This document shows positions 12,063 through 23,259 of a stretch of 64,000 nt of DNA, one piece after another (positions within the stretch are counted from its first letter, which is position 1; each line of letters starts with the position of its first letter). The notes beneath the pieces are model-generated. The model was not told the origin of the DNA, did not search any database, and saw only the letters and a list, made by a program, of their open reading frames with translations. The stretch lies in NCBI GenBank assembly GCA_964016885.1, contig OZ024741.1, positions 412,672,001 through 412,736,000 of the forward strand. Direction: 5' to 3'. Origin of the DNA: Eledone cirrhosa. Taxonomy: Eukaryota. The position numbers and the translations under genes were made by a program.

Positions 12063-12225
12063 GGAGGTGCTGAGTTGGCAGAACATCTGAAAGAATGCTT
12101 TGTGGTATTAGTTGTGGTATTCAGCTCTCTGCTCTTTGAGTTCAAATCCCACCAAGATCATTTTTGCTTTTCATCCTTCCGCGGTCAATAAAAAGAAAAG
12201 TCCTAGTCAAGTACTGGGGTCGATT
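12063..12225 (+). mobile_element. tRNA-derived SINE family A, diverged
   Basis: GAGTTGGCAGA head, GAGTTCAAATCCC B-box, and GCTTTTCATCCTTCCGCGGTCAATAAAA central domain. Confidence 0.7.
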
Positions 12226-12724
12226 CTTCCTTTATATCTCTTTTGCCTTTCCTCTCTCGCACTCTCTATCTTTCTCTGGAAGAAATATGCTGCAGTCAGA
12301 CCTGGAAAGTGATGGGCTATGTCAGCTTTTAAAATGCCCTAGAAATGCTGTATGTCAAGATGGTGCCCCTACAACTCTATCAGGAGTTACAGGATCATGT
12401 CATACCATAAAGATGAAGAGTTGACACTGGCAGGATTTGAACAAAGCTATTTCTGGAAGGAACAGGGCAATGGTCTTGACCTTTAGAGGTCCTCTCACAT
12501 TGCTGACATTGATGTAGTTGATGTAACAACTAAACCTGGAGAGGGAGAGAGAGAGAGAGAGAGAGGTGTTCTTGACCTTTAGAGTTCCTCTCACATATTG
12601 TTTGTTTGATTTTTTCAACCTTTTCGTTACTATATTTCTGATTAAGACAATGTCTATAATTTTTAAATCATTTTGAAGATAATCAATAATTTGTAGGGAT
12701 TTAGAAATGAATTAACTTTCTCAA

Positions 12725-13943
12725 ATAAATTCCAAACCTGGAAGCAGGGACTAGAGAGAAAGGGCCTCAAAGTCAACATGACAAAGACTAAGGTCCTTAT
12801 AAGTAGACGAGAAAACAGAACCCAGATCCCCTCAGGGAAATGGCCTTGCTCAGTATGTAGGAAAGGTGTAGGTAGGAACTCCATTCTTTGCCCCAAATGC
12901 AAACAATGGGTACACAAGAGATGTAGCGGGATCTCAGGAAGCTTAATTAAGAATGTAGGATTCACATGCAGCAGCTGTGCTGAAACAGCAAGCAAACAGC
13001 CACAGGAAACAAGTACCACCAATCTCTGGGAGGGCCCTGTAGAAACAGTAGACAGCTTCTGCTACCTAGGTGACCGAATTAGCAACGGAGGTGGGTGCTC
13101 AGAAAGTACAATAACTAGGGTAAGAACGGGATGGAAGAAGTTTAGGGAACTACTACCACTGCTAGCTGCAAAAGGCTTCTCCCTCAGAATGAAAGGCAGA
13201 CTGTATGATGCGTGTATCCGAACAGCGATGTTGCATGGTAGTGAGACCTGGGCGCTGAAGGTGGAAGACTTACGTAGATTAGAGAGAAACGAAGCCTGCA
13301 TGCTCCGATGGATGTGTAACAGTAATATACGTGAACGACAAAGCATAAATGAATTGAGAGAGAGACTGAGCATAAGAGGAATCAAATGCTGCGTGCAGGA
13401 GAGGCGGTTACGCTGGTATGGACATGTGATGCGTATGAAGGATGACAGCTGCATAAAAAGGTGCAGAGCACTAGAAGTTGATGGAAACCGCGGAGTGGGG
13501 AGACCCAAGATGACTTGGGATGAGGTGATAAAAGCCGACCTTACCCAACTACACCTCTCAAAGTCAATGACACACGACCGTGACTTCTGGCGTCACGCAG
13601 TAATACAGGGTACCCGACCTCCCATGGGTACATGCTGAAGCATATAAACAATATGCCCCCCCCCCCCCCACCGCAAGGTGGTCGTGGAGGTGCCACGGCA
13701 AAAAAGCACCCAGCCCACACTGTAAAGTGGACGTGTAGGCGCCACGAAAAAGCACCCAGCACTCACTGTAAATGAGGTTGGTGTTAGGAAGGGCATCCAG
13801 CTGTAGAAATCAAGCCAGATCAGTTCCTGTATGAGCAAGGCATGGTCAGCCGACCAGACACTGCCCACAACAGGACAACCCGTCTAACCCATGCTAGCGT
13901 GGAAGAACGGACGTAAAACGGTGATGATGATGATGATGATGAT
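12725..13943 (+). mobile_element. 5'-truncated RTE LINE, related subfamily
   Basis: ORF 12778-13638 aligns with the C-terminal ~290 aa of the 1092-4469 protein (PHD finger, FCYLG, RLRWYGHV). It has the same 3' UTR motifs and a (GAT)n tail. Confidence 0.93.
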
Positions 13944-14123
13944 TATTAAGTTGGTGTTTGGGACATAATCTAACAAAAGTTCTTGCATAAAGTTATGAAG
14001 AAATTTTTTAATTTAGATATATCGAGAGTTGATTGACTTTCGTCAAATCAGACTGAGGAAACAATGTTTCCGTTGGTCTTTCCAATTGCTAATACTCTCT
14101 ATGGGTCACAACTCCAGGTAGAA

Positions 14124-14240
14124 GGAGCAACGTGAAATAAAATGTCTTGCTCAAGGACACAACGCATTGCCCGGTTCAGGAATTGAACTTACAGACTCTT
14201 GATTGTGAATCCAATTCTCTTGCCTCTCAGCCATGTGCCT
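14124..14240 (-). mobile_element. tRNA-derived SINE family B: head plus CORE-like domain
   Basis: The reverse strand reads A-box TGGCTGAGAGG, B-box GTTCAATTCC, then TGTGTCCTTGAGCAAGACATTTTATTTCACGTTGCTCC. This resembles the MIR/CORE-SINE core TGTGACCTTGGGCAAGTCACTT. Confidence 0.8.
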
Positions 14241-14270
14241 TCACTTAGATATAAACACTTTAAAAGAAAC

Positions 14271-14487
14271 GGTTTGGTATGGTGGAACCAAAGGTGGTTT
14301 CAGGAGGTTTGAAATGGGGGAACCAAGGGCAGTTTCAGGGGTTTTGGTAAGGTGGAACCAAGGGCAGTTTCAGAGGTTTTGGTAAGGTGGAACCAAGGGC
14401 TGTCTCAGGGGTTTGGTATGGTGGAACCAAGGGCAGTTTCAGGGGTTTGGTATCGGGTAACCAAGGGCGGTTTCAGGGGTTTGGTAT
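14271..14487. repeat. G-rich ~35-bp minisatellite, about 6 copies
   Basis: Unit approximately GGGTTTTGGTAAGGTGGAACCAAGGGCAGTTTCAG, recurring every 34-35 bp. Confidence 0.9.
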
Positions 14488-14551
14488 CAAAATGGGAAAC
14501 AGTTAAGGTGTTTGTTGGACAACAAGTATCCCAGTTGTTGAACTGCCTACT

Positions 14552-14780
14552 CATTAATGTGCAAGTGGTTGAGTATTCCAGAGACATCTAAATTTTTAAT
14601 GTAGTTCTCAGTGGTTCAGTTTGGTACACTGACAAAGATGACTCCTTGAACTACTTACAGAACTGAGCTGATGTGGTGAAAAATAAGTTTCTTGCTCAAG
14701 AGGCAATGTGTGACCAGCAATCAAACTCAAAACCTTATAATCCTGTGTTGAAGACCATCACCATTTAGCTAGGTGCCTTT
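14552..14780 (-). mobile_element. Old SINE family B copy including its 3' body
   Basis: It has a degenerate tRNA head and a TCTTGCTCAAG core remnant. ATTAATGTGCAAGTGGTTGAGTATTCCA is similar to 27790-27816. Confidence 0.6.
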
Positions 14781-14984
14781 AAAGGGTTAATATAAGCTTG
14801 TTAAACTAGTGAGCCCAAGAAGGGGAGTTCTCATGACCTTTAGAGGTCCTTACTGACTGATGGGGTTGATCTGGCTGACATTGTATATTGAATATCTGGC
14901 GGTCTATGGCTGCTGACTATGTAACAGAGAGAGAGAGAGAGAGAGCGAGAGAGGGCGAGAGAGAGAGAGAGAAAACTATGCACA

Positions 14985-15275
14985 TATATACACACACACA
15001 CACAGCCTAGTATATACATATATACACACACAGAGCCTAGTATATACATATATAAACACACAGAGCCTAGTACATACATACACACACAGCCGAGTCAATA
15101 CATATATGCACACACTCGGCCTAGTATATATATACACACACAGAGCTGAGTATACACACTCATACAGAGCCTAGTATATACATATATACACACATACAGC
15201 CTAGTATATACATATATACACACAGAGCCTAGTATGTACACACACACAGACAAACAGCCTAGTATATATAAACAT
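14985..15275. repeat. ~28-bp minisatellite (CACAGAGCCTAGTATATACATATATACA-like)
   Basis: About 10 imperfect copies anchored on AGCCTAGTA. Confidence 0.85.
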
Positions 15276-15288
15276 ACACAAGTGGTCT

Positions 15289-15353
<65 letters not shown>

Positions 15354-15366
15354 TATATATATATAA

Positions 15367-15552
15367 TTGTTTCTACTTTTGGCACAAGGCCAGCAATTAT
15401 TCCAGTGTATTATTGGTACTTTATTTTATTGACCCCCGTAAGGATGAAAGGCAAAGCTGACCTCAGTGGGATTTGAACTCAGACCGTAAAGGTCTGTAAC
15501 TCTTTGCTACAGAGCATGTTGTCCGACCCTCTACCGATACTGCCAATCCACT
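15367..15552 (-). mobile_element. tRNA-derived SINE family A, near full length
   Basis: The reverse strand begins GTGGATTGGCAGTATCGGTAGAG, then B-box GAGTTCAAATCCC and the family-A central domain. Confidence 0.85.
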
Positions 15553-15715
15553 GAAACTATAGAAATTTCCAGAGGTTCACTCAAGAGAAAGATGTTTTTC
15601 TTTCCATTGTCTTTGTCTTGTGTACTGCAACCTTTATACACACATCAGCAATTAACATCCAGTTTCCACTCTCGCATAGGTTACACACACACACACACAC
15701 ACTTATATATACACA

Positions 15716-16430
15716 CAGCAGCCCCTATATATATATATACAGTAGCCACTATATATATACAGTAGCCACTATATATATACAGTAGCCACTATATATATAC
15801 AGTAACCTCTCTATATATACAGTAGCCACTATATATATACAGTAGCCACTATATATACACAGTAGCCACTATATACACAGTAGCCACTATATATATACAG
15901 TAGCCACTATATATATACAGTAGCCACTATATATATACAGTAACCTCTCTATATATACAGTAGCCACTATATATATACAGTAGCCACTATATATACACAG
16001 TAGACACTATATATACACAGTAGCCACTATATATATACAGTAGCCACTATATATATACAGTAACCTCTCTATATATACAGTAGCCACTATATATATACAG
16101 TAGCCACTATATATATACAGTAACCTCTCTATATATACAGTAGCCACTATATATACAGTAACAACTATATATAGAGTAGCCACTATATATACACAGTAGC
16201 CTCTATATATACACACAGTAACCTCTATATGTACACAGTAACCACTATATATATATATACAGTAGCCTCTCTATATATACAGTAGTCTCTCTATATATAT
16301 CCAGCAGCCACTATATACACACTGTAGCCTCTATATATACACAGTAATCACTATATATATATATATATACAGTAGCCACTATATACACACAGTAGCCTCT
16401 ATATAGACACAGCAGCCTCTATATACACAC
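15716..16430. repeat. ~19-21-bp minisatellite AGTAGCCACTATATATATAC
   Basis: More than 30 copies with a recurring AGTAACCTCTC variant. Confidence 0.95.
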
Positions 16431-16801
16431 ATCCACAAACAGTATGATTTCTCCAACATCTGCAAAAGTCCCAGGTGTTATCTCTACAATAAAATATAAA
16501 TGGTGATGATGATGATGATGAGAGAAATAGAGAGAACATTCTGGAAAACAAAGTGGAATGGTGTCAAAGGGTTAAAAACAAAAAAGATTGAATATAAAAA
16601 CAGTAAAGAAATAAAGTTTCTCTCTGATAACATCGGAAATATATTTATTTTATCAGTTTCTCACATAAAAGCTTCTCTTCCAAAAATGTTTCAAGACTTT
16701 TTAGTTTATTTTTACTTAATTTATTTGTTGAATTGTGAAGATAAAATGATTACATTACATATCACTTTCCTATTGAGGCATCTCTTCATACATACATATA
16801 T

Positions 16802-16940
16802 ATCATCATCATCATTGTTTAACGTCCACTTTTCATGCTAGCATGGGTTAGGTGAGCTATCTCATGGTGAGGCATCCAGATCAGAGGATAGTGTTTTGCT
16901 CATACAGAACTGATTTTGGCTTGGTTTCTACAGCTGGATA
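16802..16940 (-). mobile_element. RTE-type 3' tail fragment (truncated LINE or RTE-tailed SINE)
   Basis: The reverse strand reads ATCCAGCTGTAGAAACC...AACCCATGCTAGCATGAAAAGTGGACGTTAAAC(GAT)n, matching 13796-13943. Confidence 0.75.
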
Positions 16941-16958
16941 CGGACATTAAAATGTCAA

Positions 16959-17000
<42 letters not shown>

Positions 17001-17097
17001 TTGTCATCATCATCATCTCATTGTCTTTAAATCAGCTTTTCCATGTTTCCATGCTTGTATTGGTTAGACGGGTCCTTATCAGTATGGCATCTCTCCA

Positions 17098-18143
17098 TGT
17101 ACAGTGCTCAGGTGCACTACAACTCATCAAAGGTGCATGTATAGTACATAGAATAATGATATAATATAGGATATAATAAGGATAGAATGGAAAAAGTTCA
17201 GAGAGCTACTCTCTCCCACTGTTGACCACAGATGGAAGGCTGTATGACGTGTGTGTCCAATGCATGGCAGTGATACATGGACAATGACTGCAGAGGATGT
17301 GCATAGATTGGATAGAAATAAAGCAACTATGCTCCATTGGATATGTAATGTAAATGTGAGAGAGCGACAGAGCTTGGACAAGTTGAGGGAGATACTGGAT
17401 TTAAGAGGTATTCAAGGTGGTGGGCAGGAGAGAAGCCTGTGTTGGTTTGGACATGTGATGTGCATGGACAATGATTGTTAGGTGAAGAAATGTCAGGAAA
17501 TGCCAGTGGAAGGAAGTCACAGTAGAGGATGACCAAGGAAGACCTGGGAAGAGGTGGTGAGAGCTGACCTCAAATCACTGAGACTCACAGAGGAGATGAT
17601 AAAGGATTGCAACATATGGATTGCAACATTGCAATCCTTTATCATCTCCTCTGTGAGTCTCAGTGATTTGAGGTCAGCTCTCACCACCTCTGCCCAGGTC
17701 TTCCTTGGTCATCCTCTACTGTGACTTCCTTCCACTGGCATTTCCTGACATTTCTTCACCTAACAATCATTGTCCATGCACATCACATGTCCAAACCAAC
17801 ACAGGCTTCTCTCCTGCCCACCACCTTGAATACCTCTTAAATCCAGCATCTCCCTCAACTTGTCCAAGCTCTGTCGCTCTCTCGCATTTACATTACATAT
17901 CCAATGGAGCATAGTTGCTTTATTTCTATCCAATCTATGCACATCCTCTGCAGTCATTGTCCATGTATCACTGCCATGCATTGGACACACACGTCATACA
18001 GCCTTCCATCTGTGGTCAACAGTGGGAGAGAGTAGCTCTCTGAACTTTTTCCATCTTATCCTTATTATATCCTATATAATATCATTATTCTATGTACTAT
18101 ACATGCACCTTTGATGAGTTGTAGTGCACCTGAGCACTGTACA
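17098..18143. repeat. Near-perfect ~515-bp inverted repeat of a decayed RTE 3' coding segment, 16-bp spacer
   Basis: 17098-17612 is the reverse complement of 17629-18143 with only a handful of differences. The ORF track shows mirror ORFs at 17251-17481 (+) and 17760-17990 (-). Confidence 0.95.
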
Positions 18144-19135
18144 CATAATTTTCATTATTATTATTATTATTATTATTCTAGCTATTATGCTCTCAGAGCA
18201 CCCTCCTCCATTGCTAATTACATTGTCTAGATAGCAGAAGCTATCAACCACTTCTATGGGTGCTTCTTGTAACTGGAATAGGCTTACATCACTGGTCATC
18301 TTCCCCTTGGTTACCCCTGTGTACCCTCTACAAGCAAAGTCTTCCCTTCCTTTTAGCTTACTTGTTATCCCACTACATCTCTTCTGTACCCAATATTTAC
18401 AGTGTGTACATCATATGGAGTTTATGCCTACTGAGCAGGGCCACTTCCCTGGAGGAATCAGGGTCCTATCTGCTCTCCTACTCACTGGCACTTTACTTTT
18501 GGCTAAGTTTACTCTTAAATATTTTGATTCTAAATTCTGTTTCTATAGTAGGAACTTATTTTCTAGGTTTTTAATGGACCAAATCATCTGCATATAGAAT
18601 TTCCCATGGGCAGTCGGTCTTAAACTCCTCTGTTACATCCTGGAGGACAATAATGAATAGAAGTAGGTTAAGAATCAAACCTTCATGAACTCCTACTTGT
18701 ACCTTGAATTCCTTGCTAAACTCATTTCCTATTCTCACTTTTCTCTGTACATGACTTGCATTGCTCTCACCAACCATTCTTCAACACCTAATTTCCTAAA
18801 GGACCACCAGATTCAAGACTGGGGTACTCTATCAAAGGCCTTCTTTAGATCAACAAAAGCTAAATATAGTGGCTTATTTTTGGCTAAGAACTTCTCTTGT
18901 AGTTGCCTCACTAAAAAGAGGGCATCTGTAGTACTTTTTCCAGACATGAAACCAAACTACATCTCATCTATTTTGGATCTTTCCCTAATTAGCTGCTCTA
19001 TAACTCTTTCTGTTACTTTCATAATTTAGTTCATTAGTTTTATTCCTCTGTAGTTGCTCCTTTTTAGGGCATCATCTTTGCCCTTGTAGCAATGTACAAC
19101 TGTATTCCTGTGCCAGTCATTGGGTATGACAGCAC
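17629..19135 (-). pseudogene. Degenerate RTE LINE RT/C-terminal region
   Basis: Reverse-strand fragments include FKVQVGVHEGLIL..LLFIIVLQ, CPWEILYADD, VVDSFCYL...GGGCSES and HGSDTW. Many stops and frameshifts. Confidence 0.9.
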
Positions 19136-19254
19136 TGATTGACTAGGTTACTAGTCTGACTCCTACCTCTCCCAATGCTTTTAGTCTCCTAGCAGTTATC
19201 TCTCCACATATATACATACATGTACATTTATATGTGTGTGTGTGTATATATATA

Positions 19255-19297
<43 letters not shown>

Positions 19298-19342
19298 ATA
19301 TATATATGTGTGTGTGTATATATATATGTGTGTGTGTATATA

Positions 19343-19373
<31 letters not shown>

Positions 19374-19387
19374 ATATATATATATAT

Positions 19388-19418
<31 letters not shown>

Positions 19419-19711
19419 CACACACACTTTTACACACATTTCTTCAAACCTACACACACACATGAAGCTAAAAAAATGGAAATATATCATATCTGTGTAT
19501 ATAATATGATCCCAGAACAACCATGTCTATGTAAATATTAAGTTGTAGCATGTTATCCATCAAAATCTGTATCTCACACATATATTTCACCACAATATCC
19601 ACTTTCTCATGATGTTAAACAATGTAAAACAACTAGATACTACTGAGGCTATTTGTAATCTTGCAGTTTGAACATTTTATGCTCTAACATCCTTACCACT
19701 AGGCCATATTG

Positions 19712-19865
19712 CCCCAGTATACTCAGCTGAAAATGAGAACCAGCAATAGCTGGGGTTTAACCCTGTGGTGAACTGGCGTCCTGTCCAGTGAAGCCTTGTA
19801 CTCTCAGTTGCTTCACCCCACAGTAACCGAGATAACCACTAGTCTGATGACCCTGTAGACCAGAG
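19712..19865 (+). mobile_element. Probable SINE body fragment
   Basis: CAGTATACTCAGCTGAAAATGAG resembles the post-core sequence at the satellite edge. AACCCTGTGGTGAACTGGCGTCCTGTCCAG resembles conserved metazoan SINE central domains, recognised from memory only. Confidence 0.45.
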
Positions 19866-20291
19866 ACATACTTTAAACCTTTTCTTATTTTTTAGACAAA
19901 CTTCTGAAAATATGTACTCATGTATAAAACAACCCCGCCTGGCTCCATTAAATTTTACTTGAAAATCTTCCATAATATATATGAAAAAATACGGTACATT
20001 ATTTTCGTCCATCGGTAGGTAACTGTTAGCCGGATATCGAAGAAAAAAAATTAGGTTATTGGTAGAGATGTTGTTAGACTGGCTTGTTGTGGTTTTGTTG
20101 TTTTTCCTCATTTTCCAATCAGGTAGGAACACTGTAGATTGGCTGAGCTCCATCCTGTGTCCCTAGAGTTTGTCTACATCCAGGTCAAGGCCTTTCTCTT
20201 TGTAGATGTAGGTAGGTATGTGTGTGTATATGTGTTTGTTTGTGTAGGCATGTATACGTGTATGTATCTATGTGTGTGTGTGTATTTCTTG

Positions 20292-20366
<75 letters not shown>

Positions 20367-20865
20367 CATATATGTATATATATATATAATATAATATTAT
20401 ATTATATCATCATCATTTTATGTCCACTTTATATATGTGAAAGAGAGGGAGAGATATACCTATGTGTGTGTGTGTACTTAATTCATGTATATGTATGTGT
20501 AGTTGTGAGTATGTATATATATATCATCATTCTCAGCTAGCATTCTTGTGTGTGAGTGTGTATGTGATTGTGTGTGTGTATGTGAGTGTGTGTGTGTGTA
20601 AGAATATGTGCATGTGTATGAGAAAGTGTGTGTGTGTGAGAGAGAGTGTGTGTGTGAATGTTTGTGAACATGTGTGTGTGTGAGTGTGTGTGAGTGTGTC
20701 AATGTGTGTGAGTGTATGTGTGTGAGAGTATATGTGTGTGTGCATGTGTGTATGTGTTTACTAATAAGTGTACATACATATATCCATGTATGTATATATA
20801 TATATATATATGTAGTATGCGTATATATGTATATAGATCCAAAATCTGATATAGATAGAGACAGA

Positions 20866-20910
20866 ACCCATGCCAGCATGGAAAATGGAGTTAAACGATG
20901 ATGATGATGA
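20866..20910 (+). mobile_element. Isolated RTE-type 3' tail
   Basis: AACCCATGCCAGCATGGAAAATGGAGTTAAAC(GAT)n. Confidence 0.7.
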
Positions 20911-21388
20911 GGAGGAGGAGGAGGAGAAGGGGGGGGGGGGGGACTTCAAATGTTTGATTCTGAGGTAAATCAATAAATAAATAAATATTCGTTAAGTGAA
21001 CAAATACATATACACCTGAATGTATATAACATACCTGTGTAAATATTGGCCTTACCTGTGTGTTCACTCATGCACACACACCATACATACACCATACACA
21101 TACACACACACATATGATATATGTGCAGAGAAAGAGAGAGAGGGAGATGCATTCATGTTCATACAGATACAAATATGTGTATATATATATAAATATATAT
21201 ATATAATGAATTATATATATATATATATATATATAGATAGATTTTGAGTTTATGTTGGTTGTATACCAACACCTCAGTATGCAGGCTGGAGCACTCGACG
21301 AAGTGCGCAGGTTGGTTTGGTTACTCCGGAATAATGTAAAATAAAGTTAAATAAAAAGTCAAATGTTTAAAATTTAGCTTCGTTTATT

Positions 21389-21443
21389 ACTGCTATATAT
21401 ATTTCAGTGACAGCCATCTTTGGCTGTGACCTCTTCAGGCAGT
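21389..21443 (-). ncRNA. Minimal type I hammerhead ribozyme
   Basis: The reverse strand reads ACTGC-CTGAAGA-GGTCACAGCCA(AAGA)TGGCTGTCACT-GAAA-TATATA-TA-GCAGT-AATAAA. This gives helix I ACTGC/GCAGT, intact CUGANGA and GAAA boxes, a long helix II, a palindromic helix III and an AUA cleavage triplet. Confidence 0.85.
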
Positions 21444-21668
21444 TTGAATTAGTGTGGTATAGACAAGTAGATATGTTGTTGAGGTGTATAATATTGTCAA
21501 TACTCTGATATGCCCAGTTCCTGGTTGGGTTGTTATTTCACTGAGGAACACATATGATTCCAGTTCCTCAGTGAAATAACAACCCAACCAGGAACTGGGC
21601 ATATCAGAGTATTGACAATATTATACACCTCAACAACATATCTACTTGTCTATACCACACTAATTCGG

Positions 21669-21716
21669 ACTGCCTGAAGAGGTCACAGCCAAAGATGGCT
21701 GTCACTGAAATATATA
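21669..21716 (+). ncRNA. Disabled copy of the same hammerhead
   Basis: The core and helix II are identical, but a 9-nt deletion removes the 3' strand of helix I (GAAATATATAAACG versus GAAATATATATAGCAGTAATAAACG). Confidence 0.7.
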
Positions 21717-21761
21717 AACGAAGCTAAATTTTAAACATTTGACTTTTTATTTAACTTTATT

Positions 21762-21764
<3 letters not shown>

Positions 21765-21852
<88 letters not shown>
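21765..21852. repeat. Long (TA)n tract between the two Penelope-like insertions
   Basis: Directly visible. Confidence 0.95.
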
Positions 21853-21858
<6 letters not shown>

Positions 21859-21901
21859 AGTTAAAACAATGAAATAAAAAATCAAGTCATTAGAAATATA
21901 C

Positions 21902-22045
21902 TTCACTGCTTTACGATCGTTTCTAGGTGATAATACATCGTACGCATATTTCAATTATCGATCTATGTCGGGTTAGTTACAAAATATCAGATAAGGAATA
22001 TATTTACCTATATGTATATTATCAGCCGTTGTCAAAAGCAATGAA
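21902..22045 (-). ncRNA. Variant hammerhead-like motif in the Penelope 3' region (left arm)
   Basis: The reverse strand reads TTCATTGCTT-TTGACAA-(long helix II)-GAAA-CGATCG-TA-AAGCAGTGAA. The first box deviates from CUGANGA. Confidence 0.5.
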
Positions 22046-22469
22046 AATTTTATTCAATCAATAGTAAATTGAGTTCTATGACCTTATTTAGAGGTAGCTG
22101 AAGAACAAACCAATCAAATGGCCTTTTGCCATATGATGTTAAGATGAAATATAACTCACTTTAGTTGAGGTCATAACCCTTTGAAAGGAATGGTTGAATG
22201 GTGTTAAAAATAGAATTACTATAAAGAACCCATGATGTGAAAGGGATTGTTATATTGATAGTGGAATGTAGATGGTGGAGTGAAATTTAAAAAGGAATGT
22301 AAAAATTAAATGTTGCGTTGTTTTGTATGGAATTTTTAGGTGAATATAAATAAGTAAATATAAAATATAGAGAGATAACTAGGATAAATATAGATAGGTA
22401 AAGTAATGGCCATAACTAGGAAGGACAGTATATTAAAAGATGAAAATTATAATAAGATAATAAAATATA

Positions 22470-22654
22470 ATTGTTTCTACTTTTGGCACAAGGCCAGCAA
22501 TTAGCCAGTGCATTACTGGTACTATATTTTATCGACCCCGTAAGGATTAAAGGCAAAGTTAACCTCGGCGGGATTTGAACTCAGATCATAAAGGGATGTA
22601 ACTCTATGCTTCAAAGCATGGTGTCCGACTCTATACAAATACTGCCAATCCACC
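22470..22654 (-). mobile_element. SINE family A inserted in the left Penelope arm only
   Basis: A full family-A sequence that is absent at the mirror position (about 26445-26495). Confidence 0.9.
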
Positions 22655-23259
22655 AGTACAGTATAGTACATTGCATATAGTATAATATAGCGTATGATGC
22701 ATCATAAAATATAAAATAGTAAATATTTTCAAGTGTGACTATGTATAAGTAATCAAACTCAGATAAATACATGTTGACATATAGTCAAAACGCATCATTT
22801 TCTTAGATCACAAAAGTACATATATTCACATATATAGATAGAGGTATAATTACATAGATACTCCATTAAAAACATACATATACATAGATAGATATAAACA
22901 TATACATACACATACATACACGCACAAAAACATATATATGTATATATATATACACACTTATACATACATATATACATGTACACACACATACATGTACATA
23001 CACATATACACACACATACACATATACACCCATATATATATGCATATATATATATATTCTCTTATCATACCTACATAGATACATGTATACCCATGCAATT
23101 ACAGGTGGTTATGTACCTTGATGCCCTTAGTCAGTAACGCATGAATCAATGGAAGCTAATAAATAAAAAAATAAACAGGAAGGCGTATAATTAGGGGAAG
23201 GGGATACTAACAAATGGTACATTACATAGAATTATAGTGAGTTGCTATTAGAATGTTTA

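Larger units (their letters stand above)
21240..21764. mobile_element. Miniature head-to-head Penelope-like insertion (arms 21337-21549 and 21563-21764)
   Basis: A ~200-bp inverted repeat with a 13-bp spacer. Each arm has an outward-pointing hammerhead core. (TA)n flanks both sides. Confidence 0.75.

Noticed and set aside
14124-15552. tRNA genes suggested by A/B boxes
   Set aside because: The boxes are SINE heads. No cloverleaf or acceptor stem is evident, and they continue into SINE body sequence.
20122-20214. Possible host exon (pyrimidine tract + CAG ... AG/GTAGGT or GTATGT); weaker candidates at about 9686-9742 and 12283-12424
   Set aside because: The 20122 candidate has stops in all three frames, and none shows recognisable homology. 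They cannot be supported without RNA-seq, although the region could still be intronic.
17613-21562. Similar ACATATG(G)ATT.CA sequence at the centres of two palindromes, suggesting a shared resolution site
   Set aside because: In the first palindrome ACATATGG is explained as native RTE coding sequence (K-D-C-N-I-W). A short AT-rich match between two sites is likely chance.
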